A stretch of 64,000 bases of DNA. Origin: Vicinamibacteria bacterium. GTDB taxonomy: Bacteria; Acidobacteriota; Vicinamibacteria; Marinacidobacterales; Marinacidobacteraceae. A program made the position numbers and the translations under genes. Positions 55,049 to 64,000 of this stretch are shown here, piece by piece (position 1 is the first letter of the stretch; the number at the start of each line of letters is the position of its first letter). Under the pieces are notes generated by a model. The model was not told the origin of the DNA and did no database searches. It worked only from the letters and a program-made list of their open reading frames with translations. The stretch spans positions 288,001 to 352,000 of the forward strand of contig OZ219815.1 in NCBI GenBank assembly GCA_964291235.2. Direction: 5' to 3'.

Positions 55049-55888
55049 TCAGGAACCGAGATGTTCCCGGAAAAAGCGGACGGTGAGCGGCCAGGCCTGC
55101 GAGGACGCCGTCAGGTTGCGTCCCTCGCGCCCTTCCTGAGCGCGCAGGAACCCGTGCCCGGCACCGTCGAATATCTCTACCTGGAAGAACTTCCCGAGCT
55201 CCTCCATCCGCTCCTGCGCCGGAGCGATCGTGGCGTTCACCCGGGCGTCGTCGCCTCCGTAAAGGCCGAGCACCGGCGCTTCGACCTCGGCGAGCGCCTC
55301 GGCGTCGGGCGAGGTTCCGTAGTACACGACCGCGGCGCCGAGTTCCGCATCGCTGGTGGCGAAGGTGAAGCTCGTGCGGCCTCCCCAGCAAAAGCCCACC
55401 ACGCCGTACGCATCGCGAGCCGCCGGAAGCGCGGTCGCCCAGTCCGCCACCGCCTTCAGCCGGGCATGCACCTCGCCGGCGGCGAGCCCCCGGACCAGCG
55501 CCACCGCACCGTCCCGGTCCACCGAATCCGTCCTGCCGCCGCCGGGGCCCTTGCCGGTCAACATATCCGGAGCGATGGCGATGAAGCCCTGAGCCGCGAA
55601 CTCATCGGCCACCCCCCGAATCCAGTCGGTGAGGCCGTAGATCTCGTGGATCACCACCACGACGGGCGCGTTGTCCGACCGTTCCGGATAGACGATCCAC
55701 GACTCGACCGCATCCCCGCCCGGCCCTGGAACTGAAACCCACTCCCCGTGCCGGGGAGACGTGTTCAACCGGTCGCGGGCGGTGTCGGCGGAGCCCGGAA
55801 GCACCTGGGCGGCGGCGAGCCCGGCGGTCACGAAAGAGGCGGCAAGAAGCAGCCCAACCAGGCGCGGAGGAGAGCGGAAGCGACGCAT
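55049..55888 (-). CDS. Dienelactone hydrolase family protein, exported
   Basis: VVVIHEIYGL, GFCWGG nucleophile, YYG, D..V, AGHGF; signal ending AAAQ. Confidence 0.9.
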   Translation of the reverse strand: MRRFRSPPRLVGLLLAASFVTAGLAAAQVLPGSADTARDRLNTSPRHGEWVSVPGPGGDAVESWIVYPERSDNAPVVVVIHEIYGLTDWIRGVADEFAAQGFIAIAPDMLTGKGPGGGRTDSVDRDGAVALVRGLAAGEVHARLKAVADWATALPAARDAYGVVGFCWGGRTSFTFATSDAELGAAVVYYGTSPDAEALAEVEAPVLGLYGGDDARVNATIAPAQERMEELGKFFQVEIFDGAGHGFLRAQEGREGRNLTASSQAWPLTVRFFREHLGS

Positions 55889-55933
55889 TCGCCGAGTATA
55901 GTCCTGCCCAATCGAGCCGATCCGAACGTCCGA

Positions 55934-56668
55934 ATGAGCAGCGAAACGCCCGGAAACCTCCCGGGCTCCACGAGCAACGGACCGTCTTCGCGCCGCGGCC
56001 TCCTGGCTGCGCTCGCCGGGCTGGGACTCGTGGTGTCGCTCTGGGCGGTCTTCTTCTACGCGCCCACCGAACTCACCATGGGCGACCTGCAGCGGATCTT
56101 CTACTTCCACATCGCGTCCTGGTGGCTCGCGTTCGCCGCGTTCCTGCTCGTTGCCGGCGCTAGCGTGGCCTGGCTCCGCACCCGCAACCCGCGCTACGAC
56201 ATCGCGGCGCTGGCCGCCGCCGAAATCGGGACGCTGTTCGCCACCACCGGGCTCGCCATGGGGGTTATCTGGGCCAAGCCGGCTTGGGGAATCTGGTGGA
56301 CCTGGGACGCCCGGCTGACCACCGCCTTCGTGCTGTGGCTGATCTACGTGGGCTATCTCCTGCTCCGCGGCTACGTGGACGACCCGGTCCGGCGCGCCAA
56401 CCTCGCCGCCGTCCTCGGCATCCTGGGAGGCGCGGACGTTCCCATCGTGTACTTCTCGATCCGCTGGTGGCGCACCCAGCACCCGGCGCCGGTCATCATG
56501 GGCGGGCCCGACTCGGGATTGCACCCGGACATGTGGGTGGCGCTGCTCATCTGCCTCGTCTCCTTCACGCTCCTCTTCTGGTGGCTCTTCCGGTGGCGGA
56601 CCGAAATCGAGCGGGAAGCCCGGTCAGTCGAGGCGCTGCGCCAGCGCCGTCTCGCGGAGGCATCGTGA
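55934..56668 (+). CDS. ccmC: Cytochrome c biogenesis heme transporter CcmC
   Basis: QRIFYFH, WAKPAWGIWWTWDARLT (WWD motif), SIRWWRTQHP. Confidence 0.9.
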   Translation: MSSETPGNLPGSTSNGPSSRRGLLAALAGLGLVVSLWAVFFYAPTELTMGDLQRIFYFHIASWWLAFAAFLLVAGASVAWLRTRNPRYDIAALAAAEIGTLFATTGLAMGVIWAKPAWGIWWTWDARLTTAFVLWLIYVGYLLLRGYVDDPVRRANLAAVLGILGGADVPIVYFSIRWWRTQHPAPVIMGGPDSGLHPDMWVALLICLVSFTLLFWWLFRWRTEIEREARSVEALRQRRLAEAS

Positions 56669-56808
56669 ACGAGTGGCTGGCAGCGGGCTACGCCGCCTTT
56701 TTCGTACTCCTTGCCGGGTATCTCATCCGGCTCACGCTGCTCGAACGCCGGCTCCGGCGCGAGAGACTGCGTTTGACCGCCGGCGAGCCCGCGGGCGAAG
56801 ACCGATGA
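56665..56808 (+). CDS. ccmD: CcmD-like small membrane protein
   Basis: GTGA overlap with ccmC; WLAAGYAAFFVLLAGYLIRL followed by a basic tail. Confidence 0.7.
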   Translation: MNEWLAAGYAAFFVLLAGYLIRLTLLERRLRRERLRLTAGEPAGEDR

Positions 56809-57533
56809 GCCGGCTGGCCGGCGCCGCGGCGCTGATCACCGGAGCCTCCTCGGGGATCGGACGCGGACTCGCCCGCGTCTTTCTCCAGGAGGGCGCGCGC
56901 GTGTTCCTCACCGCGCGCGGCGAGGAACGTCTGAGGGAAACCGCGGCGGAACTTGAGGACGCCCACCCCGGACGGATCGGCTTCACCGCCTCGGATGTCG
57001 GCGACCCGGACTCCGCGGGAGCCATGACCGAAGCCGCGCTCGCGCACTTCCCCGACCTTTCGGTGCTCGTGAACAACGCCTCCATCCTGGGCGTGCGGGC
57101 ACCCATCATCGAGCAGAATGCGGAGGTCTGGCAGGACACCCTGCGGATCAACACCGCGAGCCTGCTCTACGTCACCAAGCCCCTCCTGCCGCCATTCCTC
57201 AAACGCGAAACGGCCTCGATCATCAACGTCAGCTCGACCGTCGGCCGGATCGGCAAGCCCAACTGGGGGCCCTACGCGGTGTCCAAGTTCGGCCTCGAGG
57301 GTTTCACCCAGACCCTGGCCGCCGAACTGCAAGGCACCGGCGTCCGGGTGAACAGCGTCAATCCCGGGGCGACCCGAACCCCGATGCGAGCGGCCGCCTA
57401 TCCGGCGGAAGATCCCCTCACCCTGCCGACCCCCGAGCAGATCGCGGAGGTCTTCGTGTACCTCGCCTCGCCGGAGTCGGCCGGGGTCACCGGCCAGGCA
57501 CTCAACGCCCGCGATTACCTGCCGGGGAACTGA
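56805..57533 (+). CDS. SDR oxidoreductase, YciK-like
   Basis: ITGASSGIG, VNNAS, WGPYAVSK, VNPGATRTPMRAAAYPAEDP. Confidence 0.88.
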   Translation: MSRLAGAAALITGASSGIGRGLARVFLQEGARVFLTARGEERLRETAAELEDAHPGRIGFTASDVGDPDSAGAMTEAALAHFPDLSVLVNNASILGVRAPIIEQNAEVWQDTLRINTASLLYVTKPLLPPFLKRETASIINVSSTVGRIGKPNWGPYAVSKFGLEGFTQTLAAELQGTGVRVNSVNPGATRTPMRAAAYPAEDPLTLPTPEQIAEVFVYLASPESAGVTGQALNARDYLPGN

Positions 57534-57543
57534 GCGGCCCCCC

Positions 57544-58842
57544 ATGAGCAGCGAACGCTTCGGAACCCGGTTCGGGACCGCGATGACGCTCATCGGGGTC
57601 GCGGTGGGCCTCGCGAACGTGTGGCGGTTTCCCTACATGGCGGGCCAGTACGGGGGCGGGGCCTTCGTCGCCATCTACATCGCCTTCGTTCTGCTGCTCG
57701 GCGCTCCGGCGCTCATCGCCGAATGGAGTCTTGGCCGGCTGACCCGTGCCGGGCCGGGCGGCGCCTTCACCAGGATCGGGATGCCCGGGGGACGCGTCAT
57801 CGGCGGCATTCTGTTCCTCACCGTGTTCATGGCGTGCTCCTACTACACGGTGGTCGTCGCCCAGGTTCTCTTTTACGCAGCCCTCGGCGGGGTGGTGGCG
57901 GAGCCCGAAGCGTTCTACGCCCGAAACTTCAGCGGTATGACCGGGCTGAACCTCAGCCTCACCGTGCTCGTCTTCGGGGCGATGGGCCTCGTGGCGGGCT
58001 TCGGGGTGCGGCGAGGTGTCGAGCGGTTGTCGCGGATCGCGATGCCGCTCGTGGGTATCGGTCTGATCGTCGTTGCGATCCGCTCCGTAACCCTGCCGGG
58101 CGCCGCCGAGGGGGTCCGCTACCTGCTCTGGCCGGACCTCGGCAACGTGAGCGCCGAGACCTTCCTCGCGGCGCTCGGGCAGGCGTTTTTCAGCCTCTCG
58201 CTGGGCGGCACCTTCTTTCTCGCCTACGGCAGCTACCTGCCTTCGGACGCCAACCTGCGCCGGCTGTCCGGCACGACGATCTTCGGGGATTGCGGCGCCG
58301 CCATCCTGGGCGGGCTCGCGGTGCTGCCGGCGGCCTTCGCCCTCGGGGTCGAGCCCGCCTCCGGGCCGCCGCTCGTCTTCTTCACCCTGCCCCGGGTGTT
58401 CGCCGCAATGCCCGGAGGCGAGTTCTTCGGCCCGGTCTTTTTCCTCGCCCTCTTCCTGGCGGCCTTCCTTTCGGCGCTCGCCGCCCTCGAGGTGATCGTG
58501 AATTCGGCGATCCCCTGGACCGGGTGGAGCCGCCGCACCGTGGTCGCCCTCGCTGTCGCGCTCCAGATCCCGGTCGCCCTCCCCTCGATGGTGAGCGCCG
58601 ACTACCTGGGCTGGAGCGACCTGATCTGGGGTTCCACCATGCAGCCGATCGGCTCGGCGCTCACGCTGATCGGCCTCGGGTGGTTCGTCTCGCGGGGGCG
58701 GGCACTTGCTGAAGCGGGCCGAGGCTCCACCAAGCCCCTTGGAGACCTCTGGCTCTTCTGGATCCGCTGGGTCATCCCGGCGGCCATCGTGGTCGTGCTT
58801 TTCTGGGGCTGGAGCGGAACGCTCCGGGAGCTCTTCTCATGA
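57544..58842 (+). CDS. Sodium-dependent transporter, NSS/SNF family
   Basis: AVGLANVWRFPY..G..GGGAF, ALGQAFFSLSLG, YGSYL, GP.LVF.TLP. Confidence 0.92.
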   Translation: MSSERFGTRFGTAMTLIGVAVGLANVWRFPYMAGQYGGGAFVAIYIAFVLLLGAPALIAEWSLGRLTRAGPGGAFTRIGMPGGRVIGGILFLTVFMACSYYTVVVAQVLFYAALGGVVAEPEAFYARNFSGMTGLNLSLTVLVFGAMGLVAGFGVRRGVERLSRIAMPLVGIGLIVVAIRSVTLPGAAEGVRYLLWPDLGNVSAETFLAALGQAFFSLSLGGTFFLAYGSYLPSDANLRRLSGTTIFGDCGAAILGGLAVLPAAFALGVEPASGPPLVFFTLPRVFAAMPGGEFFGPVFFLALFLAAFLSALAALEVIVNSAIPWTGWSRRTVVALAVALQIPVALPSMVSADYLGWSDLIWGSTMQPIGSALTLIGLGWFVSRGRALAEAGRGSTKPLGDLWLFWIRWVIPAAIVVVLFWGWSGTLRELFS

Positions 58843-59765
58843 GCGGAGAAGGACTGCCGCTCCGTGTCCGGCACGGACAACTCCATTTTTTCGTCCGGGA
58901 ATCCCTGAAGCGGGTGCGGCTGGCGCCGGAACTCGCCTCCCACACGGCGGACGCGATGGTGGCCGCCAACCTCGCGGGCGACGACGAGGACGGGGTGGTC
59001 TGGTTGCCGGATCTGGCCCAGCGACTTTCCACCCGGCACGTGAATGCCAAACCGGACATGAAGCTCGTTGCCACCTCGGGGGGCACCGCGGTGCTCGACG
59101 GCGACAACGGGCCGGGGCCCGCGGTCGCCCGCCGCGCGATGATCGAGGCCATCAGCGGAGCCAATCGCCACGGCGTCGGGAGCACCGCGGTGCGGCGCGG
59201 CAACCGTCTTGGCTCCGCCGGACACTTCGCGGCGCTCACGCTCACCCACCAGATGGCGGGCATCGCGATGGCGGGCGATCCGCTAACCCCGGAGCCGGAC
59301 ACCTCTCCGGCCGCCACGCATCCGGTGGCGCTCGGCATCGCGGTGCCGACCGCCGAGACCGCGGCGCCCCTCGTCCTGAACCTCCGGTTCGCCGAGGGTG
59401 GAGCGGAGCGGGATCTCGCCCTCGCCCTGGCGCTCGAGTTCCTCATCAGCCTGGGAGGCGCCGCGCTCCCGGCGGAATTCACGGCGGAGCCCCGGCCCGA
59501 GCCCGTGCACGGGGGCACCGGACAGTTCTTCCTGGCCTTCCGGGTCCGCGCCTTCGCGCCCTGGGCCGGGTTCCGGAACAGCATGGTCGAGCGGCTCTCC
59601 CAACTGCGGCGGGCCCGGATCGAATTTCCCGGCCAGGAGGCCGCCGCGGTCGAGGAGGAACGCCGCACCCGAGGCATCCTCCTCGACCTGAAGACCACCG
59701 ACTCGCTCCGCAAGTTCGCCTACCAGCTCGGCATGAACGAGCTCTGGGACGGCCTCGGCAAGTAA
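58839..59765 (+). CDS. Divergent Ldh_2 (malate/L-lactate/ureidoglycolate dehydrogenase) family protein
   Basis: AVLDGDNGPGP, HGVG.TAVR, HPVALGIAVP, GQFFLAF, FPGQE....EE.R.RGI; several catalytic motifs altered. Confidence 0.7.
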   Translation: MSGEGLPLRVRHGQLHFFVRESLKRVRLAPELASHTADAMVAANLAGDDEDGVVWLPDLAQRLSTRHVNAKPDMKLVATSGGTAVLDGDNGPGPAVARRAMIEAISGANRHGVGSTAVRRGNRLGSAGHFAALTLTHQMAGIAMAGDPLTPEPDTSPAATHPVALGIAVPTAETAAPLVLNLRFAEGGAERDLALALALEFLISLGGAALPAEFTAEPRPEPVHGGTGQFFLAFRVRAFAPWAGFRNSMVERLSQLRRARIEFPGQEAAAVEEERRTRGILLDLKTTDSLRKFAYQLGMNELWDGLGK

Positions 59766-59780
59766 GGCAAGGAGCGCCCA

Positions 59781-59808
59781 GGAGCGCCGGCCAGGAGGCC
59801 GGCGCTCC
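59781..59808. repeat. REP-derived perfect hairpin between convergent genes
   Basis: ggagcgccggcc-agga-ggccggcgctcc. Confidence 0.75.
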
Positions 59809-59810
59809 GC

Positions 59811-61871
59811 TCAGCGGTGTACGAACGGGGCCTTGGCGCGGGGGCCGTTCTCCAGAAAGTTCCGCACCCCGATCCGCATGTCCTCGAGGGAGCACCCCTC
59901 GCCGAAGAGGCGGACTTCGAGGTCCAGTCCGGCGGCGAGATCGCCGGCCGCGCCCTCCCGGGCGGCCCGCTGGATGAGCGCGTCCACGGCCCGCGACAGA
60001 TGACCGAGGCCGACTTCGGGAAGTTCTTCGGGAACGGGGATCGGTCCGTCCGCGATCGGCGGTAGCGACCCGGATCCCGACGCCGCCTCGGCGACCATCT
60101 CCACCGCCCGGTCCCGGAGCCGTTCGCCGGGCACGAGTTCGCTGACGAGTCCGAGCCGGAGGGCCTCTTCCGCCGAAACCGGCCGCCCGGTCCTCAGGAT
60201 CTCCCAGGCGGCCTCCATCCCCACGAGGCGCGGCAGCCGCTGGGTCCCGCCGGCGCCGGGAATGATGCCGAGGTTCGGCTCCGGCTGCATCGCGAGCACC
60301 TTCAGGCCCTCCCGGGCGATGCGCGCGTGGCAAGCCATGGCCAACTCGTTGCCGCCCCCGACCGCCATCCCGTTCAGGGCGCAGATCACCGGCTTCCCGC
60401 ATGCGGCGATCCGGTCCAGGATCCGGTGGGAGGCGCGTGAAACCCGCTCGCCGTCCTCGGGAGACCGGACGCGGCCGAGCATCCGCACGTCGGCGCCCGA
60501 GACGAAGGCCTTCACTCCGAACCCCGTGATGACCACCCCGAGAACCCCGTCGTCCGCCACCGCTTCCTCGACCCGGGCGCCCAGTTCGCCGAACACCTCT
60601 TCATCGAGCGCTCCGAGCACCTCGGGCCGGCGGATGGTCAGGACCGCCACCGCGCCGGACCCCGCCGGAACGTCGCGGCGGCCCACCCGTGACACCGGCC
60701 GGGACGTCCACCCGGGAAGCCGGTCCGCGAAGCCGGCGGGAGCGAAGAAATCGGGCTCCCGCTCCCGGTAGGCGGCGAGGAGCTCCGAAACCCGCGCGGC
60801 CCCCAGCTTCCGCATGAGCCCAAAGGGATGCACCACCGCGAGGGCGAGGTGGCACGCCATGTCCAGATCGGGAACGGAGATGGCGCCCTCGGCGGCCGTC
60901 CAGGCGGCGAGCCCCAGATAGGCGGCCGTGATCCGCTCCTCGATGCGCTTTCGGCGCTCCTCGGGAACGCTCACCTCCTCGCCGCGCGCCGGAACGTCCC
61001 AGACCCGGCCCGTGGGCCCGGCCTCGGCCACCGCCTCGTCGAGGAGCCGCGGCACCCGAAACCACGGATGGAGGCGCTCGTGCATCGCGGCGAACCCCTC
61101 GTGCGCGATCGGATTGCCGCCGGTCAGGTTCATCGCGGTGAAGGGCCCGATCCCGAGCCGGAGCGTCCGGCGGGACACGTCGTCCACCTCCTTCGAGGTC
61201 CCGAGTCCCTCTTCGACCGCCAGCGCCGCCGCGAGGAACATCCCCTCGAAAATGGGATTCAGCGCGTGGCCGAAACGGCTCGCGACGGCCACCGGCACCT
61301 TGCCGATCTCCTCGTAGAAGCCAAGCAACCAGGGGACCAGCGGCCGCGCCGGATCGTCGGCAACGATCTCGACCACCGGATTCCGCTCCGCCGGGAAGAA
61401 GTAGTGCGCCACCGCCGCCCGCTCCGGTGCGGCGAGATCCGAGAAGATGCGGGATGGCTCGATATGGGACGAGTTCGAGAGCAGCACGGCCTCGGGACCA
61501 ACCAGTTCCTCGACCGACCGGAAGATGCGCCGCTTGATCGCCAGGTCCTCGGAAGCCGCCTCGATGACGAGATCCACCCCACCGAGGCGTCCGTAGTCGC
61601 TGGTGAACACCACCGAACTCCGCATCCGCTCGGCCTGGGCATCACGGAACGCCCCGGACTGCTGGCCCTTCTCGATCTTCTGGAACATCTTGCGGCGGCC
61701 GGCTTCGAGGGCCGCCTCCGCGATGTCGAGCACCACCGTTTCCACCCCACGGGGCGACAGGGTCTTGACCAGGTGGAGGGCGATGTCGGGTCCGATCTGA
61801 CCCGACCCGATGACGGCGGCGCGGCGGATCTCCCGTCCGCGCCAGGAAAAGCTCCCTGGCTGCATGCCCAC
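59811..61871 (-). CDS. 3-hydroxyacyl-CoA dehydrogenase/enoyl-CoA hydratase fusion (HADH N-terminal)
   Basis: VIGSGQIG, VIEAASEDL.IK, SNSS; C-terminal KAFVSGAD, GGGNELAMAC, QPEPNLGIIPGAGGTQRLPR. Confidence 0.88.
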   Translation of the reverse strand: MGMQPGSFSWRGREIRRAAVIGSGQIGPDIALHLVKTLSPRGVETVVLDIAEAALEAGRRKMFQKIEKGQQSGAFRDAQAERMRSSVVFTSDYGRLGGVDLVIEAASEDLAIKRRIFRSVEELVGPEAVLLSNSSHIEPSRIFSDLAAPERAAVAHYFFPAERNPVVEIVADDPARPLVPWLLGFYEEIGKVPVAVASRFGHALNPIFEGMFLAAALAVEEGLGTSKEVDDVSRRTLRLGIGPFTAMNLTGGNPIAHEGFAAMHERLHPWFRVPRLLDEAVAEAGPTGRVWDVPARGEEVSVPEERRKRIEERITAAYLGLAAWTAAEGAISVPDLDMACHLALAVVHPFGLMRKLGAARVSELLAAYREREPDFFAPAGFADRLPGWTSRPVSRVGRRDVPAGSGAVAVLTIRRPEVLGALDEEVFGELGARVEEAVADDGVLGVVITGFGVKAFVSGADVRMLGRVRSPEDGERVSRASHRILDRIAACGKPVICALNGMAVGGGNELAMACHARIAREGLKVLAMQPEPNLGIIPGAGGTQRLPRLVGMEAAWEILRTGRPVSAEEALRLGLVSELVPGERLRDRAVEMVAEAASGSGSLPPIADGPIPVPEELPEVGLGHLSRAVDALIQRAAREGAAGDLAAGLDLEVRLFGEGCSLEDMRIGVRNFLENGPRAKAPFVHR

Positions 61872-61874
61872 GGG

Positions 61875-63431
61875 CTAGTGGTCCTCGTCGGAAATGCGGG
61901 TCTGCCAGCGCTCGATCTGACGCGCGGCGGCGTCCCGGCCGCCCAGGCCGAAGGCCACCGCGAAGGCCACCGCAACCGCTCCCAGCACGATCCCGAACGC
62001 CAGTTCGATGATCTCGTTGGCGATTCCCATCTGGCGCAGGCCGATCGCGGTGGTGAACAGCAAGATGCCGACGCGCGCCGCCAGCGCCAGGAGCCGCGCC
62101 TGCGGAACCCGGCTGGCGCTGATCGCCCGCGCCGACAGGTTGGCGAGGAACACGCCGAATCCCAGGAAGACCACTCCGAGCAGGAACTGCCCGGCGAACT
62201 GCAGCAACCGCGTCAACAGGTCAGCCGCGTTGTCGAAACCCACCAGGCTCGCCGCCTCGATGCTCGCAAACAGCATGATGAGGGCCAGCAGCACCACCCG
62301 CACCACGTTCGAGGCCGCAAACTCGTCGGCGGTCGCGGTGCTGGTCAACCCGATCCGGGTCAGCACGTGGTCGAAGCCGGCCTCGCGCAACAGGTCGCGC
62401 GCCAGATTCGAGATGACCCGTCCCACCACGTAGGCCGTGAGCAGCAGGGCCACCGCCACCAGGAGCAACGGCAGGGCGGCAAAGACCCGGCCGAGCATCT
62501 CGCTCGCGGGCGCGGTGATCACGTCGAGGCTCAGGCGGTCGAGCCCGGTCAGGATCACCGGGAACAGCACCAGCAGGTAGGCGATCCCCCCAACCAGCGC
62601 GGACGGGGTCCTCGATCCGAGCACCCGCCGGAGGCCGAATCGTTCCGCGGCGCTATCCAGCCCGACGGCGGCGAGGAGGTTCGTCACCACCGCCTTCGCA
62701 ATCCGGGCGATGAACCAGCCGACCAGGAAAATGATGATCGCGCCGAGAACGTTGGGCAAGAACGTGATCACCTGGTTCACGATCGTCTCGATCGGAAGCA
62801 GGACACCCTCGAGATCGAGCGCCGCCAGGATCGGCGGCAGGAAGAGCAGCAGCACGATCCAGTACACGACCTCGGGGACTGCATGGGAGATCCGGCCCGG
62901 CGGCCGGTCGCTCCCTCGATCGAGACGCTCGTCCACCCCCGCCGCCTCGAGCGCCACCCGCACCGCGCGGCGAAGCACCGCCGCCAGGAACCAGGCGGCC
63001 AGGAGGAGCACAAGGGCGCGCCCCAACTGGGCCACCATTCCCATGATCCGGCCCAGGAGCGTGCCGCCGATACCGCCGACACCGGAAAAGTCCACCACCG
63101 AGGCGACGCCCGCGACGACCAGGACCAACAGGCCCCAGAAGACGATCCGGCCCGCGATCGACTCGACGTCCTCCCGCGAGGCGCGCTCCGGCCCGAGCGC
63201 CAGGCGGACGCCGCCCGCGACCCGGGCAGCAATCCGCTCCCTCAGACCCAAGCGGAAGAGAATCCGCCGGAGCAGGATGACCAACACCAGCGCGAAACCG
63301 AAGGCGGCCACCAGGACGCCCAGCGCGATCACCAGATGGCCCACCGTCGAATCAAAGATCGGGGGCATCCGGCGCAGCAGATCGGAGAGTGCGTCGAGCA
63401 TGACGGGATGGTATTCGCTGGCTGGCGTCAT
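61875..63431 (-). CDS. Mechanosensitive channel-like membrane protein with repeated TM-helix units (CmpX-like)
   Basis: Repeated units such as FLPNVLGAIIIFLVGWFIARI; C-terminal AFAVAFGLGGRDAA. Confidence 0.8.
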   Translation of the reverse strand: MTPASEYHPVMLDALSDLLRRMPPIFDSTVGHLVIALGVLVAAFGFALVLVILLRRILFRLGLRERIAARVAGGVRLALGPERASREDVESIAGRIVFWGLLVLVVAGVASVVDFSGVGGIGGTLLGRIMGMVAQLGRALVLLLAAWFLAAVLRRAVRVALEAAGVDERLDRGSDRPPGRISHAVPEVVYWIVLLLFLPPILAALDLEGVLLPIETIVNQVITFLPNVLGAIIIFLVGWFIARIAKAVVTNLLAAVGLDSAAERFGLRRVLGSRTPSALVGGIAYLLVLFPVILTGLDRLSLDVITAPASEMLGRVFAALPLLLVAVALLLTAYVVGRVISNLARDLLREAGFDHVLTRIGLTSTATADEFAASNVVRVVLLALIMLFASIEAASLVGFDNAADLLTRLLQFAGQFLLGVVFLGFGVFLANLSARAISASRVPQARLLALAARVGILLFTTAIGLRQMGIANEIIELAFGIVLGAVAVAFAVAFGLGGRDAAARQIERWQTRISDEDH

Positions 63432-63566
63432 GCCTTCCGGGCCGGGCCCGCACCACGGTCCTCACCACGGTTCGGACGCGATCCGGAGTGGTACATTCCT
63501 CCGAATTCGGGGCGCTGGCCGACATCCGGCCGAACCCCGCGTTCCCGATCAGGAGTACAAGGACCA

Positions 63567-64000
63567 ATGCGGCGCAGGCGATTTCTCAGTTCGGTAGGCG
63601 AAGCGGGCGGCGCGGCGCTGGTCACCACCCTCTTCGGGCCGGAAACGATCCGAAGCGTCGAAGCCGCAGCGCAGCGGACGACGGGACAAAGCCCCGAAGA
63701 CCTGGCCTCGGACGAGAACTACTGGAGCGAGATCCAGCAGGCGTTCAGCGTCACGCGTTCGATCATCAACCTGAACAACGGTGGGGTTTGCCCCTCACCC
63801 CGGATGGTCACCGAAGCCTTCGTCCGCTACATCTGGGAGTCGGAAGAAGCCCCCGTGTACACGATGTGGCAGATTCTCCAGCCCCGCAAGGAGAATGTGC
63901 GCCAGCGGCTCGCGGTGGTGTTCGGGTGTGATCCCGAAGAGGTCGCACTCGTCCGGAACACCTCGGAAGCGATGGAAATCCTGTTGTTGGGCCTCGATCT
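63567..64000 (+). CDS. Class V aminotransferase (isopenicillin N epimerase-like), Tat leader, 3' truncated by window edge
   Basis: Own translation, not in the ORF track: MRRRRFLSS...DENYWSEIQQAF...INLNNGGVCPSP...EEVALVRNTSEA. Confidence 0.85.
   Translation, partial: MRRRRFLSSVGEAGGAALVTTLFGPETIRSVEAAAQRTTGQSPEDLASDENYWSEIQQAFSVTRSIINLNNGGVCPSPRMVTEAFVRYIWESEEAPVYTMWQILQPRKENVRQRLAVVFGCDPEEVALVRNTSEAMEILLLGLD

Noticed and set aside
63451-63471. caccacggt direct repeat in a divergent promoter region
   Set aside because: Only two 9-bp copies and no linked regulator; may be chance.

Overview
High-GC bacterial window with about 55 protein genes and no recognisable rRNA, tRNA or CRISPR array. The gene mix (Oar-type TonB receptor, two GWxTD proteins, plant-type LRR, MORN-like repeats, sulfotransferase, several toxin-antitoxin modules) resembles Acidobacteriota/Gemmatimonadota-like marine invertebrate symbionts; this is inference only. 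Main points: (1) a tightly coupled operon of SDR, ERG4/ERG24-type sterol reductase, DUF1214, PAPS sulfotransferase and a second SDR, followed by an SRPBCC gene and interrupted by an LRR gene, which looks like an uncharacterised sterol/lipid modification and sulfation pathway; (2) a complete 1250-bp IS3-family element inserted with a 3-bp duplication into the centre of a REP hairpin, with inner inverted-repeat blocks that resemble the REP arm; (3) a dispersed REP/REPIN family whose copies bracket two accessory islands; (4) three domain-shuffled MORN-repeat paralogs, one frameshifted; (5) an M28-M16-M16 peptidase operon with a frameshift and an altered M16 metal site; (6) several normally cytoplasmic cofactor enzymes with twin-arginine-like leaders. 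All family calls come from motif recognition by eye; no database searches were run.
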